A stretch of DNA of 60,946 bases, filler included, from Nitrospinae bacterium RIFCSPLOWO2_12_FULL_45_22 (GTDB lineage Bacteria; 2-12-FULL-45-22), in assembly GCA_001803565.1 (NCBI GenBank). It is 6 parts of 6 records of this genome, joined end to end, with 100 filler letters (N's around TTAATTAATTAA, not from the genome) between each part and the next. Parts side by side here need not be neighbours in the genome. Positions count along the whole stretch, not along the records: positions 18,254 to 33,584 come from MHDQ01000125.1; positions 33,685 to 45,313 come from MHDQ01000126.1; 4 more parts are not named here. One strand, 5' to 3'. Both the position numbers and the translations under genes were made by a program. Position 1 is the stretch's first letter. Each line of letters starts with the position of its first letter. Under the pieces are notes generated by a model. That model was not told where the DNA came from and searched no databases. It was given only the letters and a program-made list of their open reading frames with translations. This document shows positions 31,601-39,543 of the stretch, piece by piece.

Positions 31601-32003
31601 TCGTATAGGTGGGCGACTAAAAACGGATAACAATACTCTAAGCCTTTTTTTATTTCTCGAGAGCTGCTGGACAGATAGGTTCTCAAGCAATATTACTTAC
31701 CGGTTTGCTAGAACTGACCTTCCCGGAGAGTATGATGAGAACAGAATCGGGACACAGCTATATTATTTTTTGCCCGCTGGCCTCAGGTTAAACCTTAATA
31801 TTGAATATATTGATATTAATCCTGAGAAAAATGAGCCCCTTGTTGCGGAAGCCGGTTCGTGGAAGTTTCAGCCTAGACTCAGCTATCAATTCTTCCGGAA
31901 CCGGATCACCATCTCTCTCAATGGACTTTATGAAGCAAGAGATATGAGTCATGATCACAAGGAAACGAAAAGATTTCAATTATTATTTTCCTGGAAATTC
32001 TGA
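28632..32003 (+). CDS. FecR + TPR + outer-membrane beta-barrel (TonB-dependent receptor-like) protein
   Basis: Signal peptide from ATG 28632; FecR motif VHTPTATTAIRGT..V.VLDGSV; TPR repeats; C-terminal ..FSWKF. Confidence 0.82.
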   Translation: MPFPIKVRPNSICRLFILTLLSTGLFPAQEIMAVRQPAEVVSVRPATFRSLKPDIWNNINPGDRVTEGSFIKTDPYGRLSLLLPNQMLLKVGGNTLFAYGEEADTGASLLRLRKGKLWMRSEKMPRGFRVHTPTATTAIRGTEWFMEVAEDGTTSVGVLDGSVVVENPLGKVILEPRELALVLPGKPPQKMVYLTPTDAVNWTLRYRGIWSESGLARSTGTLSSGIRAAIEAYHRNNYKKAFEIVRSLEKSQGNKAEWAAIVGFLKMVSGDHRGAREAFGRARSLAPDWALPVSHLALMDLVENQTAQALKRAREAVKIEPKSPTAHVVLAYALKGRLKMEEAYRASQEALQLDPGFTEGILVAARLALELERYKETRTLLESIKKESSAEAISETLLGYLSLREGKNFEALSHFERAITLDREWAEPMLGSGISLFRLGREKEGQNSVIKATLMEPQVSLYQAYLAKSYFELKRFPEAKQSIERAKRLDPKDPTPYLYEAIFRFDQHEPIRALAAIEKAFRLNGNRAVFRSRYLLDQDQAVLMANIAQIYSRVGFHRKSVQQAYDALLFDPTNEGAHRRLYFALLFDPSYYDQGAASEKLLTKLLVPTTRSAVIFDEDQLSPYTHMFDRSGADKTIVSNRFQQRDNDTRAIVQSGTADFAGKTKGPFAYHVQGFLDQDKFQSSLAPGPLKSATDTETLVGSSFFKWRPRPGLDLFLEANRNKSDTFSDSLYFFNLRPFTLSDNEQNSDVTNLDAGLHGAFGAGNHLFTHFSYYRLSADMNTDTTIYQPNMKTVLDGETDDEQIIFHTAYWKKWQDHFFQVGGRHFEGDLVNSSLFSSGLFRNSFKEKHKSEFDSIYLYHQWTANPAVVLIGGVAADYHRFKDEKGRGLSGWDLNPSFGFQWKLTSLWSLRAAYIRTTQGDRSERLQPSLIARFPLLRVNQVDLFTPEQLLNLERDTIAFGLDRTSLSEKHFWGIELAHDVANAYQRDPARIGGRLKTDNNTLSLFLFLESCWTDRFSSNITYRFARTDLPGEYDENRIGTQLYYFLPAGLRLNLNIEYIDINPEKNEPLVAEAGSWKFQPRLSYQFFRNRITISLNGLYEARDMSHDHKETKRFQLLFSWKF

Positions 32004-32087
32004 TTTCATCCCCCCCCTACTATATTCTCGCAGTTTTCGAACGAATTGGCTGAGCACGCGGCACTCAATAGTAGCAGTGCTCCCGAT

Positions 32088-32126
32088 CCCTAACATTTCG
32101 CTCAAGAGGGACGGCTACGCCGCCCC
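32088..32126 (+). other. Truncated attC-like remnant
   Basis: CCCTAAC ATTTC GCTCAAG AGGGAC GGCTACGCC GCCCC; the right L'/R' arm is missing. Confidence 0.45.
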
Positions 32127-32132
32127 GCTATT

Positions 32133-32642
32133 CTATTTTCCCTTAGAAACACCAGCCATATCTATGGGGCTCAAAAGAGATAATTCTGCTTCTACTTCTT
32201 GCTTCAGAAAGTGGCGGATAGAATCGTGTAATTCTTTTAGGGTTTCGTTTCCACCAGCTTCTTTTATTGTCCAGAAGAATTCGATAACCTTTTCTAGCAT
32301 CTGTTTTAATGCACAGTTCTCATCTGCTAAAGGATTATTAGACTCATATTTTGTTTGCAACTGCTGGCTTATCTCCCCTAGTAACTCCGTTGCATCTTCT
32401 TCTTTAAAGACATTACTATGTTCAGACAGTATCCTTTCCATGCGCTGGAATATCTCTTTTAAGGAATTATTTTGGGCCAACTGGAACTTATCAATGCTAG
32501 CCATCCTGACCATCACATTCTGGAGTGTAGAAACGATAGCCATTGTTTGGGCCCGGGCATAGGGAGAAGATAGCTCAGGAAGAATTAGTCTATTAATGGC
32601 ATATATAATTCCCTTAAAGAGCCGATCAATAGGGAGCTGCAT
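32133..32642 (-). CDS. Helical hypothetical protein coupled to the phosphotransferase
   Basis: RBS GGAG; ILPEL..PYARAQ motif; directly downstream of the APH gene. Confidence 0.65.
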   Translation of the reverse strand: MQLPIDRLFKGIIYAINRLILPELSSPYARAQTMAIVSTLQNVMVRMASIDKFQLAQNNSLKEIFQRMERILSEHSNVFKEEDATELLGEISQQLQTKYESNNPLADENCALKQMLEKVIEFFWTIKEAGGNETLKELHDSIRHFLKQEVEAELSLLSPIDMAGVSKGK

Positions 32643-32653
32643 TTATAAACTCC

Positions 32654-33584
32654 TCAGAATTCAAGTAATTCTGTTAATTCTTTCAGACAGGCATAATGAA
32701 CAGAATCTTGAAGCGTAATCAGTCTCACATCCCGATTTTTACCATCACTAAAAGCCCTGATTGCACTAATAAAAACCGCAGCCAGCTTGAAGTAACCCAT
32801 AACCTCCCAATAAAAGACCCTGCCTTCGTCTACCTTAGTACCCGTAAGTTCTTCATAATACCGATAAAGATCTTCTCGTTCAATAAGCATACACATTAGG
32901 TTAGAATTAGGGGAGCGTAAAATCTTTAGACACATCCAGGCCAGATCAGCCATAGGATCGCCAATACCAGGCATTTCCCAATCCAAGAAAGCTACTATCT
33001 TGTCGTCCCGCCAAATAAAATTCCCTAATCTGAAATCGCTATGCGTAAGAGTAAACACCGGGGTATGGGGTTTATTTTTCCTCAGCCAGAAATATACTTC
33101 TTTCAATAGCGGTTGAGGGTAGGTTTTAAATTTTTGGATATTCTGTGCCCAGCGCTCGAGTTCAAATTCAGCCGGATCAGTAGGTCTCTGGGGAACCGGT
33201 AAAAAGTCCGTACATGTCTGGCGCCAGTCAATAGCCTGATAGTCAGCCAGGACCTGGATCAGATTCTTGGCCATTTTTAACCGTCTTTCTGGATCTTTAA
33301 ATACCTCATGGTTTTCAAATCCCCATGGTATTGGTACCTCCCCCTCCACCTTTTCCATAACAAAGAACGGTCTCCCGAGGATACCTTCATCCATTTCTAA
33401 CCAATAAGGCTTAGGAGCTGGTACGGGGGTATTCTCTACTACTTTTAAGATTCTGTACTGGGCTTCAATATTATAGGGTTCGACTGCCCCCGCTTCCGGT
33501 ACTCGCCTAATGGCAAAACCCTGGGAGACTATTTTTTCACCTATCCTCCATTGGGCATCCACCAGGTAAGTCTCATAAGAGAAG
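32654..33584 (-). CDS. APH-family phosphotransferase (ACAD10 kinase-like; 5' partial)
   Basis: PFFVMEKVEG, HSDFRLGN, LDWE..GDP..DLAW. Confidence 0.9.
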
Positions 33585-33684
33585 NNNNNNNNNNNNNNNN
33601 NNNNNNNNNNNNNNNNNNNNNNNNNNNNTTAATTAATTAANNNNNNNNNNNNNNNNNNNNNNNNNNNNNNNNNNNNNNNNNNNN

Positions 33685-33767
33685 ACAAAATTAGCACTGC
33701 AAAATTAGCAATTAACAAGAAGGAATTGCTTTTGAAATGCTAATTGCTAATTTTGTATTTTGCATTG
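33685..33767. repeat. 7-nt-unit inverted repeat element
   Basis: CAAAATTAGCA x2 ... TGCTAATTGCTAATTTTG. Confidence 0.6.
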
Positions 33768-33804
33768 AGTAATCAGGCCTTGGTGGCTGAAGAGTTCACA
33801 GATA

Positions 33805-36318
33805 ATGAAGCAGCCCCTAATCCCTCTGGTCGTATCTTATATCCTCGGCATCTTAATAGGTACTATTTATCCCCTGAAGCTTGTTCTTTTATTCTTCTAT
33901 GTCGGCATTGGCGCCCTTCTTTACATTATTTTAATCTTACCCTTACCTAGGTTTTTGCTGCTAAACAGGAAGGTTGCACCCTTACTCCTGTTTCTATTCC
34001 TACCCCTGGTAAGTGGCCAGGCCTACATGACTTTTCTTAGTATATATGGACAATATTACCCGACGAATCATCTAAAGAGCCTCTCCTTTCCCTACCGGCT
34101 TGATTTAGAAGGTCGGCTTTATGCCCCATCGGAAAAATTTCCTAAGAAGACCAGCCTCTATTTAGAAACCAGTCGGGTATGGGCTGGGGGTTCAGAGCGA
34201 CCGGTTATAGGCCGGGCCAGGATAAACGCTTATGGTCCGATGGATAACCTGGGATTAGGAGATAAGGTAATAATAAGGGGGGTCAAGCTTTATCCGCCTA
34301 AAGGGTTTAGAAATTTCTACGGGTTTGATTATCAAAAATATATGGCGCAAAAGGGAATATATGCCCTGGGTTGGGTAAAAGAAGGGTCGAGGATAGAGGT
34401 AGTGGATCGGGAAGGTGGCAATTATATCTTCCGGGGCATAGCTCAGTTAAAGACCAGGATGCTAAGCTTTGTTGAGCGCTACTCCCCTCAACCACAAGGG
34501 GCTATATTAAAGGCTATGGTCTTAGGGGATAAGGGCTTTCTCGACCGGGGCACTAAGCAGTTATTCAGGGATGCAGGTATTGCCCATCTCCTGGTGGTCT
34601 CTGGATTGCATGTAGGGTTTGTGGCCCTGGCTTTTATTGTGCTAGTCCATCCCCTATTGCGCTTTGTCCGATTCCATTTCCTGGCTGATTGGCCTTATGT
34701 CTTGAGGCCCCGTAAGCTGGCTATTGGCCTATCGCTTTTTCCTATCATCTTCTATTCGTTATTAGTAGGTGGAGGTTATGCTACCCTACGGGCAACCATA
34801 ACCGCCCTGGTATTTTTGCTAATATTATTGCAGGATCGGCCCAAAGACCTTTATAGTGCTACCGCTTTTGCCGCCTTATTGCTGCTCATCTGGCAACCCT
34901 ATGGTCTTTTTGATCCAGGGTTTCAGCTCTCTTTTGTGGCCGTGCTGGCTATTGCCCATATAATCTCCAGGATAAGCTCAGCCTATAAGAAGGGAAACAG
35001 CACACAGAGAGCGGAAAACAGGTTAGAGGATAAAGCTAACTCCTCTGGTCTGTTTCCTGCTTTCCTGTTTCCATATATATTAGTAGCCCTGTTCACTAGC
35101 TTAGCTACTTATCCCTTGACGGCTTATTATTTCCATCAGGTATCCCTGGTAGCCCCCCTGGCCAATATGGCTATTATACCTTTGGGGTCTGTAGTTGTGC
35201 CTCTTGGGTTAGCAGCTTGTGGGGCTGCCCTGGTTTGGGAACCGCTAGCCCAGATACTCTTGCAAGTAAATATCCTGATCCTGTCAGGGATCCTCTATTT
35301 GGCCAAATTATTTATCAGCCTACCCGGCGCTTCCTGGCGCATACCTACACCATCTCTACTGAGTATGCTAGCCTTTTATCTTTTGTTATTCACTGCCAGC
35401 AGTTACAAAAAAGCACAAAGGGTCTATCTATGGTCGGCTGTGTTTGCAGGGACGGTTCTGATCATATCCCTATTGGCCCAGTATCTCCCCAGGGGAGAGG
35501 ATGGGTTGCTAAAGGTAACCTTCTTAGATGTAGGGGAGGGGGACGCAATCTTTATAAAGACCCCTTATGGGAAGACCATGATGATTGATAGCGGGGGTAT
35601 CTATTCTGATACCCTGGATATTGGTGAAGATGTGATAGCACCATTTATCTGGAACCAGGGGTTTACTGGAATAGATCATATGGTAGCTACTCACCCTGAC
35701 CGGGATCATATCCAGGGGTTTTCTGGCCTGGTAAAGAATTTCCGGGTAAATTCTTTTTGGCATAATGGCGATCGAAAGGCATATCATTTCCCTGAAGGGT
35801 TTGAAGGGTTGATCAGCCGAAGGGGGGCGAATTATAGTGCCCTAAAGGATAAACATCGTTTTCTTGGGGATCATGGCGTCCTAATCCAGGTCTTTAACCT
35901 AAGGGAGGCCCTAGCGAAAGAGTCTGGGCCAGAAGATCAGCTTAGGGATAACAATAAGTCCCTGGTCATAAAGCTCCATTATGGACGGATAAGCTTCCTG
36001 TTCACGGCAGACATAGAAGAGTTAGCAGAAGGTTATTTAGCAGGCCGGGCAAAAGGTTTGCAGAGTACAGTCCTTAAAGTACCCCACCATGGCAGCCGCT
36101 CCTCCAGTAGCAAAAAATTTCTGGAAAAAGTTAACCCCGAGGTCGCGGTAATATCTGTGGGCAACCATAACCCCTTTGGCCATCCCTCACCCGCAGTGAT
36201 AGAAAGATTAAAGGAATTAGGTGCCAGGATATATCGCACGGATCAGCACGGCTCTATCCAGATAACCACTAATGGCCAGGATTACTCCATACAGACCTAC
36301 ACGGAACTTCAGGATTGA
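33805..36318 (+). CDS. comEC: DNA internalization competence protein ComEC/Rec2
   Basis: HLLVVSGLH, GFQLSF, FLDVGEGDA, THPDRDH, KVPHHGS, GHPS. Confidence 0.96.
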   Translation: MKQPLIPLVVSYILGILIGTIYPLKLVLLFFYVGIGALLYIILILPLPRFLLLNRKVAPLLLFLFLPLVSGQAYMTFLSIYGQYYPTNHLKSLSFPYRLDLEGRLYAPSEKFPKKTSLYLETSRVWAGGSERPVIGRARINAYGPMDNLGLGDKVIIRGVKLYPPKGFRNFYGFDYQKYMAQKGIYALGWVKEGSRIEVVDREGGNYIFRGIAQLKTRMLSFVERYSPQPQGAILKAMVLGDKGFLDRGTKQLFRDAGIAHLLVVSGLHVGFVALAFIVLVHPLLRFVRFHFLADWPYVLRPRKLAIGLSLFPIIFYSLLVGGGYATLRATITALVFLLILLQDRPKDLYSATAFAALLLLIWQPYGLFDPGFQLSFVAVLAIAHIISRISSAYKKGNSTQRAENRLEDKANSSGLFPAFLFPYILVALFTSLATYPLTAYYFHQVSLVAPLANMAIIPLGSVVVPLGLAACGAALVWEPLAQILLQVNILILSGILYLAKLFISLPGASWRIPTPSLLSMLAFYLLLFTASSYKKAQRVYLWSAVFAGTVLIISLLAQYLPRGEDGLLKVTFLDVGEGDAIFIKTPYGKTMMIDSGGIYSDTLDIGEDVIAPFIWNQGFTGIDHMVATHPDRDHIQGFSGLVKNFRVNSFWHNGDRKAYHFPEGFEGLISRRGANYSALKDKHRFLGDHGVLIQVFNLREALAKESGPEDQLRDNNKSLVIKLHYGRISFLFTADIEELAEGYLAGRAKGLQSTVLKVPHHGSRSSSSKKFLEKVNPEVAVISVGNHNPFGHPSPAVIERLKELGARIYRTDQHGSIQITTNGQDYSIQTYTELQD

Positions 36319-36709
36319 AAATCCTCTCTCTTTTCTAGTAAGTGGGGTATTGGAGAAGACAGTAAGGAAAGGTCATAGAAATCTTTATAAATGCAAAAGG
36401 CGTACTGTTCAAATTCAACAAGCATTATGTAATGTAATGACTGTTATAAGAGGATTTTTCTTACCTTTAAGACACCCATGACTCAATCGAGCAGGGAACA
36501 ATCATGAAAATTTTGTTATACTTATTACTCATGAGATATAGTGGGTCCATTATTCGTTGTGGTTATTGTTTGTTATTGCCGCCGATAGTGTATAAATACA
36601 TGTTTTTCAGACATGAGCCCAAATAAGATCGAGGCATTATAAGACCGTTAAAACCGGTTTTATAATGTTTATGTAACATCAAATCGTTATAGATAATAGG
36701 GGAAGGAAG

Positions 36710-37324
36710 TTGACCCTTAGCGCTGATAAGCCGGATATGCATATGGAGGAGCTTGCTAAGAGGATGGTTGCCTTGGACCAGGAAGCATATCGCGAGTTTG
36801 CGGATATTTTCGGCCCACGGTTCAGGTCCTTTTTCTTGAAACGGGGGCTTACGGCTTCAGATGCAGAGGATCTGGCAGTCTCTTGCATTACCGATATTGC
36901 TCTCAAAATAGAAAAATACAAGTCTGAAAAAAAGGGGAGTTTTGTAGCCTGGATATACACAATCATACGCCATGAGTTGGTGAACTGGTGGCGTAAGAAA
37001 CCTGATGAAGTCCCCCTCACCAATGACGGGTTGTTAAATATCGCTCAGGAGGATGATCCAAGGCAGAATATTGACATCATCTGTGCGGTCGAAAATGCGG
37101 TAGCCAAGCTTTCGGATACCGATCAAACCATTATTCAACTCCGGGACCTTGGAGCACAACACTCATATGCCGAAATAGCCGAACTCCTAGATATCAAACC
37201 CGGTAATGTAAGAGTCCGTCATCATCGGGCATTACAACGACTGCAATCTATCCTGGAAGAAGACCCGCACATCAGGAAACTACTGAATCGGAAAGAGAAT
37301 AATGATCGGAGGGAATCCAAATGA
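36710..37324 (+). CDS. ECF-type sigma factor
   Basis: DAEDLA..SFVAWIYTIIRH (region 2); SYAEIAELLDIKPGNVRVRHHRAL (region 4). Confidence 0.9.
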   Translation: MTLSADKPDMHMEELAKRMVALDQEAYREFADIFGPRFRSFFLKRGLTASDAEDLAVSCITDIALKIEKYKSEKKGSFVAWIYTIIRHELVNWWRKKPDEVPLTNDGLLNIAQEDDPRQNIDIICAVENAVAKLSDTDQTIIQLRDLGAQHSYAEIAELLDIKPGNVRVRHHRALQRLQSILEEDPHIRKLLNRKENNDRRESK

Positions 37325-37947
37325 GAAGAAAAAAGGAATATCAAGCTTCGCAGATAGAAACCTATCAGGAGCCAGAGTGGTTCACTGAAGCCTTACGGGC
37401 AACCCGCGATGCAGCCTATTTCGTTAATCCTGTTATTGAGCCGGAACAAATCTCTTTGTCTTTCCGAGAGAGATGCCGCAAAGCGGCGGAAGTCGCATTG
37501 ATTCTTGAAACCCTTCGCAGGGAACGGCGGCGTGTTGGTTTCGTGCCATTATCGCTGGCTAACTATATAGAAGGGCTTGCCAAGGTAACTAACGTGTCAC
37601 TGACTCCTGTACTGTTATGGCTGGGTATTACCGATCTTGCCGGGTTTGATCATGGCTCAGTGAAGGCCCTTGCCCGGTTAGCGAAAGATATTGAGATCAG
37701 CATCCGTGAGACGCTTGTTCATTTGCGCATTAGCTTTGCTGACCGGTTCGGCCTGGCGCCTATCTCCATGTTGCTCGCACACCGTCGTTCAACCGATGCT
37801 AGGCACAGCCAGTTGGAGGAATGCGAAGCGGCGCTTGATCAGGTCGAGCTGGAATTTGATCCCAAAACAAAAAGGGATTTCCGGCAAATCAGCGCTGAGG
37901 TTCGCTCGGTATATAAGTCTTCAGAAGAGGGTTCTTCTCTGTTCTGA
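37321..37947 (+). CDS. Hypothetical protein, possible degenerate XRE-like HTH or anti-sigma
   Basis: ATGA overlap with the sigma gene. LSLANYIEGL..VSL..V..WLGI..LARLAKDIEI resembles an XRE helix pattern. Confidence 0.5.
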   Translation: MRRKKEYQASQIETYQEPEWFTEALRATRDAAYFVNPVIEPEQISLSFRERCRKAAEVALILETLRRERRRVGFVPLSLANYIEGLAKVTNVSLTPVLLWLGITDLAGFDHGSVKALARLAKDIEISIRETLVHLRISFADRFGLAPISMLLAHRRSTDARHSQLEECEAALDQVELEFDPKTKRDFRQISAEVRSVYKSSEEGSSLF

Positions 37948-37963
37948 TTGGGGTGATGCTATT

Positions 37964-39511
37964 ATGACCGACAGAGAGGTTTCGATAAGCGCTTTGTTAA
38001 ATAAGCTGGCCGATGGTTGGTCTGCCTCCCATCGTAGTCTCTTAGATGAGGTGATACTGCGATGGGAGAAGAGGTTCGACACACGGGTTCAGGTCAAGGA
38101 TATTGATGAGAATATCTGCAACTTTGTGACCTACCTGAGTAAGATTCGCCTCCGTGGAATGTATCGGCTTCCATGCCTGATCGTCGGCGGAAAAACTTCA
38201 GATTTAACCCCGGCTGTTAAGAAGTTCTGGGAAAAGGTAAAATGTCCAGGTCGCATACCGTTTGTGTTGACCTTATCCGACATTGCTTACCAACAAGCGC
38301 TGTATGTTGTCCCTCGTTCGGATTGTCTATTGCTCCCTCCTGATCAAGTCTTGTCCCTGCTGGATAGCGCTGATCCTCAGGATACGCTTAAAGCATATCT
38401 CCGACAACAGATTCCAATACGACGGCTTAATCCATATACCATACTTCACTCAACCGACGGGAATATGTTTTTTGGGAGAAGCAAAGAGTTGGATAGGCTT
38501 CGGTACGAGAAAGATGTCAGCTTTGCCATCGCCGGCCCGAGTCGTATCGGAAAGACCTCTCTTTTGAAGCAGTACAATCGTGAGATGATCCGCGAGGGTG
38601 ATTCACGGGTTGCTCATATACGTGAGGTTGACTTCCATGATTGTCAGGATAGAACCCCGAATGGGGTGGCACGTTTTTTTGCGATGGAGATTAATCCATC
38701 AAATCGGAGTAACAGGATGACTGCCGAGGGCCTGGTTAATTTCTTGAAGTACCAGCGTTCTGAGCATGGACACCGACTGGAGTTGTTATTAGACGAGGTG
38801 GATGAGGTTTGTCAGGGAGGGGCCTTCAATTGTCTCGGCAAGGCGGCCAAGGAAGGTATCTGTCGATTGATACTTTCCGGAAGAGGATCTTTGCTGAAGA
38901 TGGCGTTGAGCTCACACTCTCCCATAGGTCATCGCCTGGATCTGATCCGTCCTGAACCCCTTGATACCGAATCAGCGAAAAAGCTGATTTTGGAACCACT
39001 GATGGACCTCGGCTTTCGTGTGATAGGCGTAGATCAAATTATCCACGACGTATTTCATTTAACAGGTCGTTTACCCCATCTTCTTCAATCCTATGGAAAT
39101 AAGCTGGTGGATATTGCTCTTGTTGAGGGCACAGATACGATCTCCATAGAGCATATTGATAGACTCAAGTGGGATTTCGAATTCGCTCAATATTTGACCA
39201 GCCCGCTTCAAGACATTGTGGATCCCAAAGGGCGTCTTTTGGCCCTAAGTCTACTGAAGGAGAGCCATCGAGACTTCGATATTCCGTCTATCCAGAAATT
39301 TGCTGAAGGTCTAGGATTTAACCTTGATTATCAGAAAACTAAAGAAATGTGCAATGATCTAGTTATTCACAATATTCTGGCTTGGAACCAAGGGTTGTAT
39401 CGAATCGCCACAGGAGCGCTGTCATACTATGCACGCGAGATGAGGTTTTTAGATGATGCTATAGACAAAGCACGCCATGCGATTAAGACGTGTCCTGACT
39501 CCGGCATGTGA
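37964..39511 (+). CDS. STAND-class P-loop ATPase with intact motifs
   Basis: NPY..FFGRSKEL, GPSRIGKTS, LLLDEVD, LTGRLPHLLQ, C-terminal winged helix; ATG 37964. Confidence 0.85.
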   Translation: MTDREVSISALLNKLADGWSASHRSLLDEVILRWEKRFDTRVQVKDIDENICNFVTYLSKIRLRGMYRLPCLIVGGKTSDLTPAVKKFWEKVKCPGRIPFVLTLSDIAYQQALYVVPRSDCLLLPPDQVLSLLDSADPQDTLKAYLRQQIPIRRLNPYTILHSTDGNMFFGRSKELDRLRYEKDVSFAIAGPSRIGKTSLLKQYNREMIREGDSRVAHIREVDFHDCQDRTPNGVARFFAMEINPSNRSNRMTAEGLVNFLKYQRSEHGHRLELLLDEVDEVCQGGAFNCLGKAAKEGICRLILSGRGSLLKMALSSHSPIGHRLDLIRPEPLDTESAKKLILEPLMDLGFRVIGVDQIIHDVFHLTGRLPHLLQSYGNKLVDIALVEGTDTISIEHIDRLKWDFEFAQYLTSPLQDIVDPKGRLLALSLLKESHRDFDIPSIQKFAEGLGFNLDYQKTKEMCNDLVIHNILAWNQGLYRIATGALSYYAREMRFLDDAIDKARHAIKTCPDSGM

Positions 39512-39543
39512 AGGCCGTAAATAAAGCAGATGGAGGATAAACA

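Noticed and set aside
37691-37963. TTG-started extension of the STAND ATPase
   Set aside because: Overlaps the upstream gene by about 250 nt; ATG 37964 with an upstream GGGGTG is more plausible.
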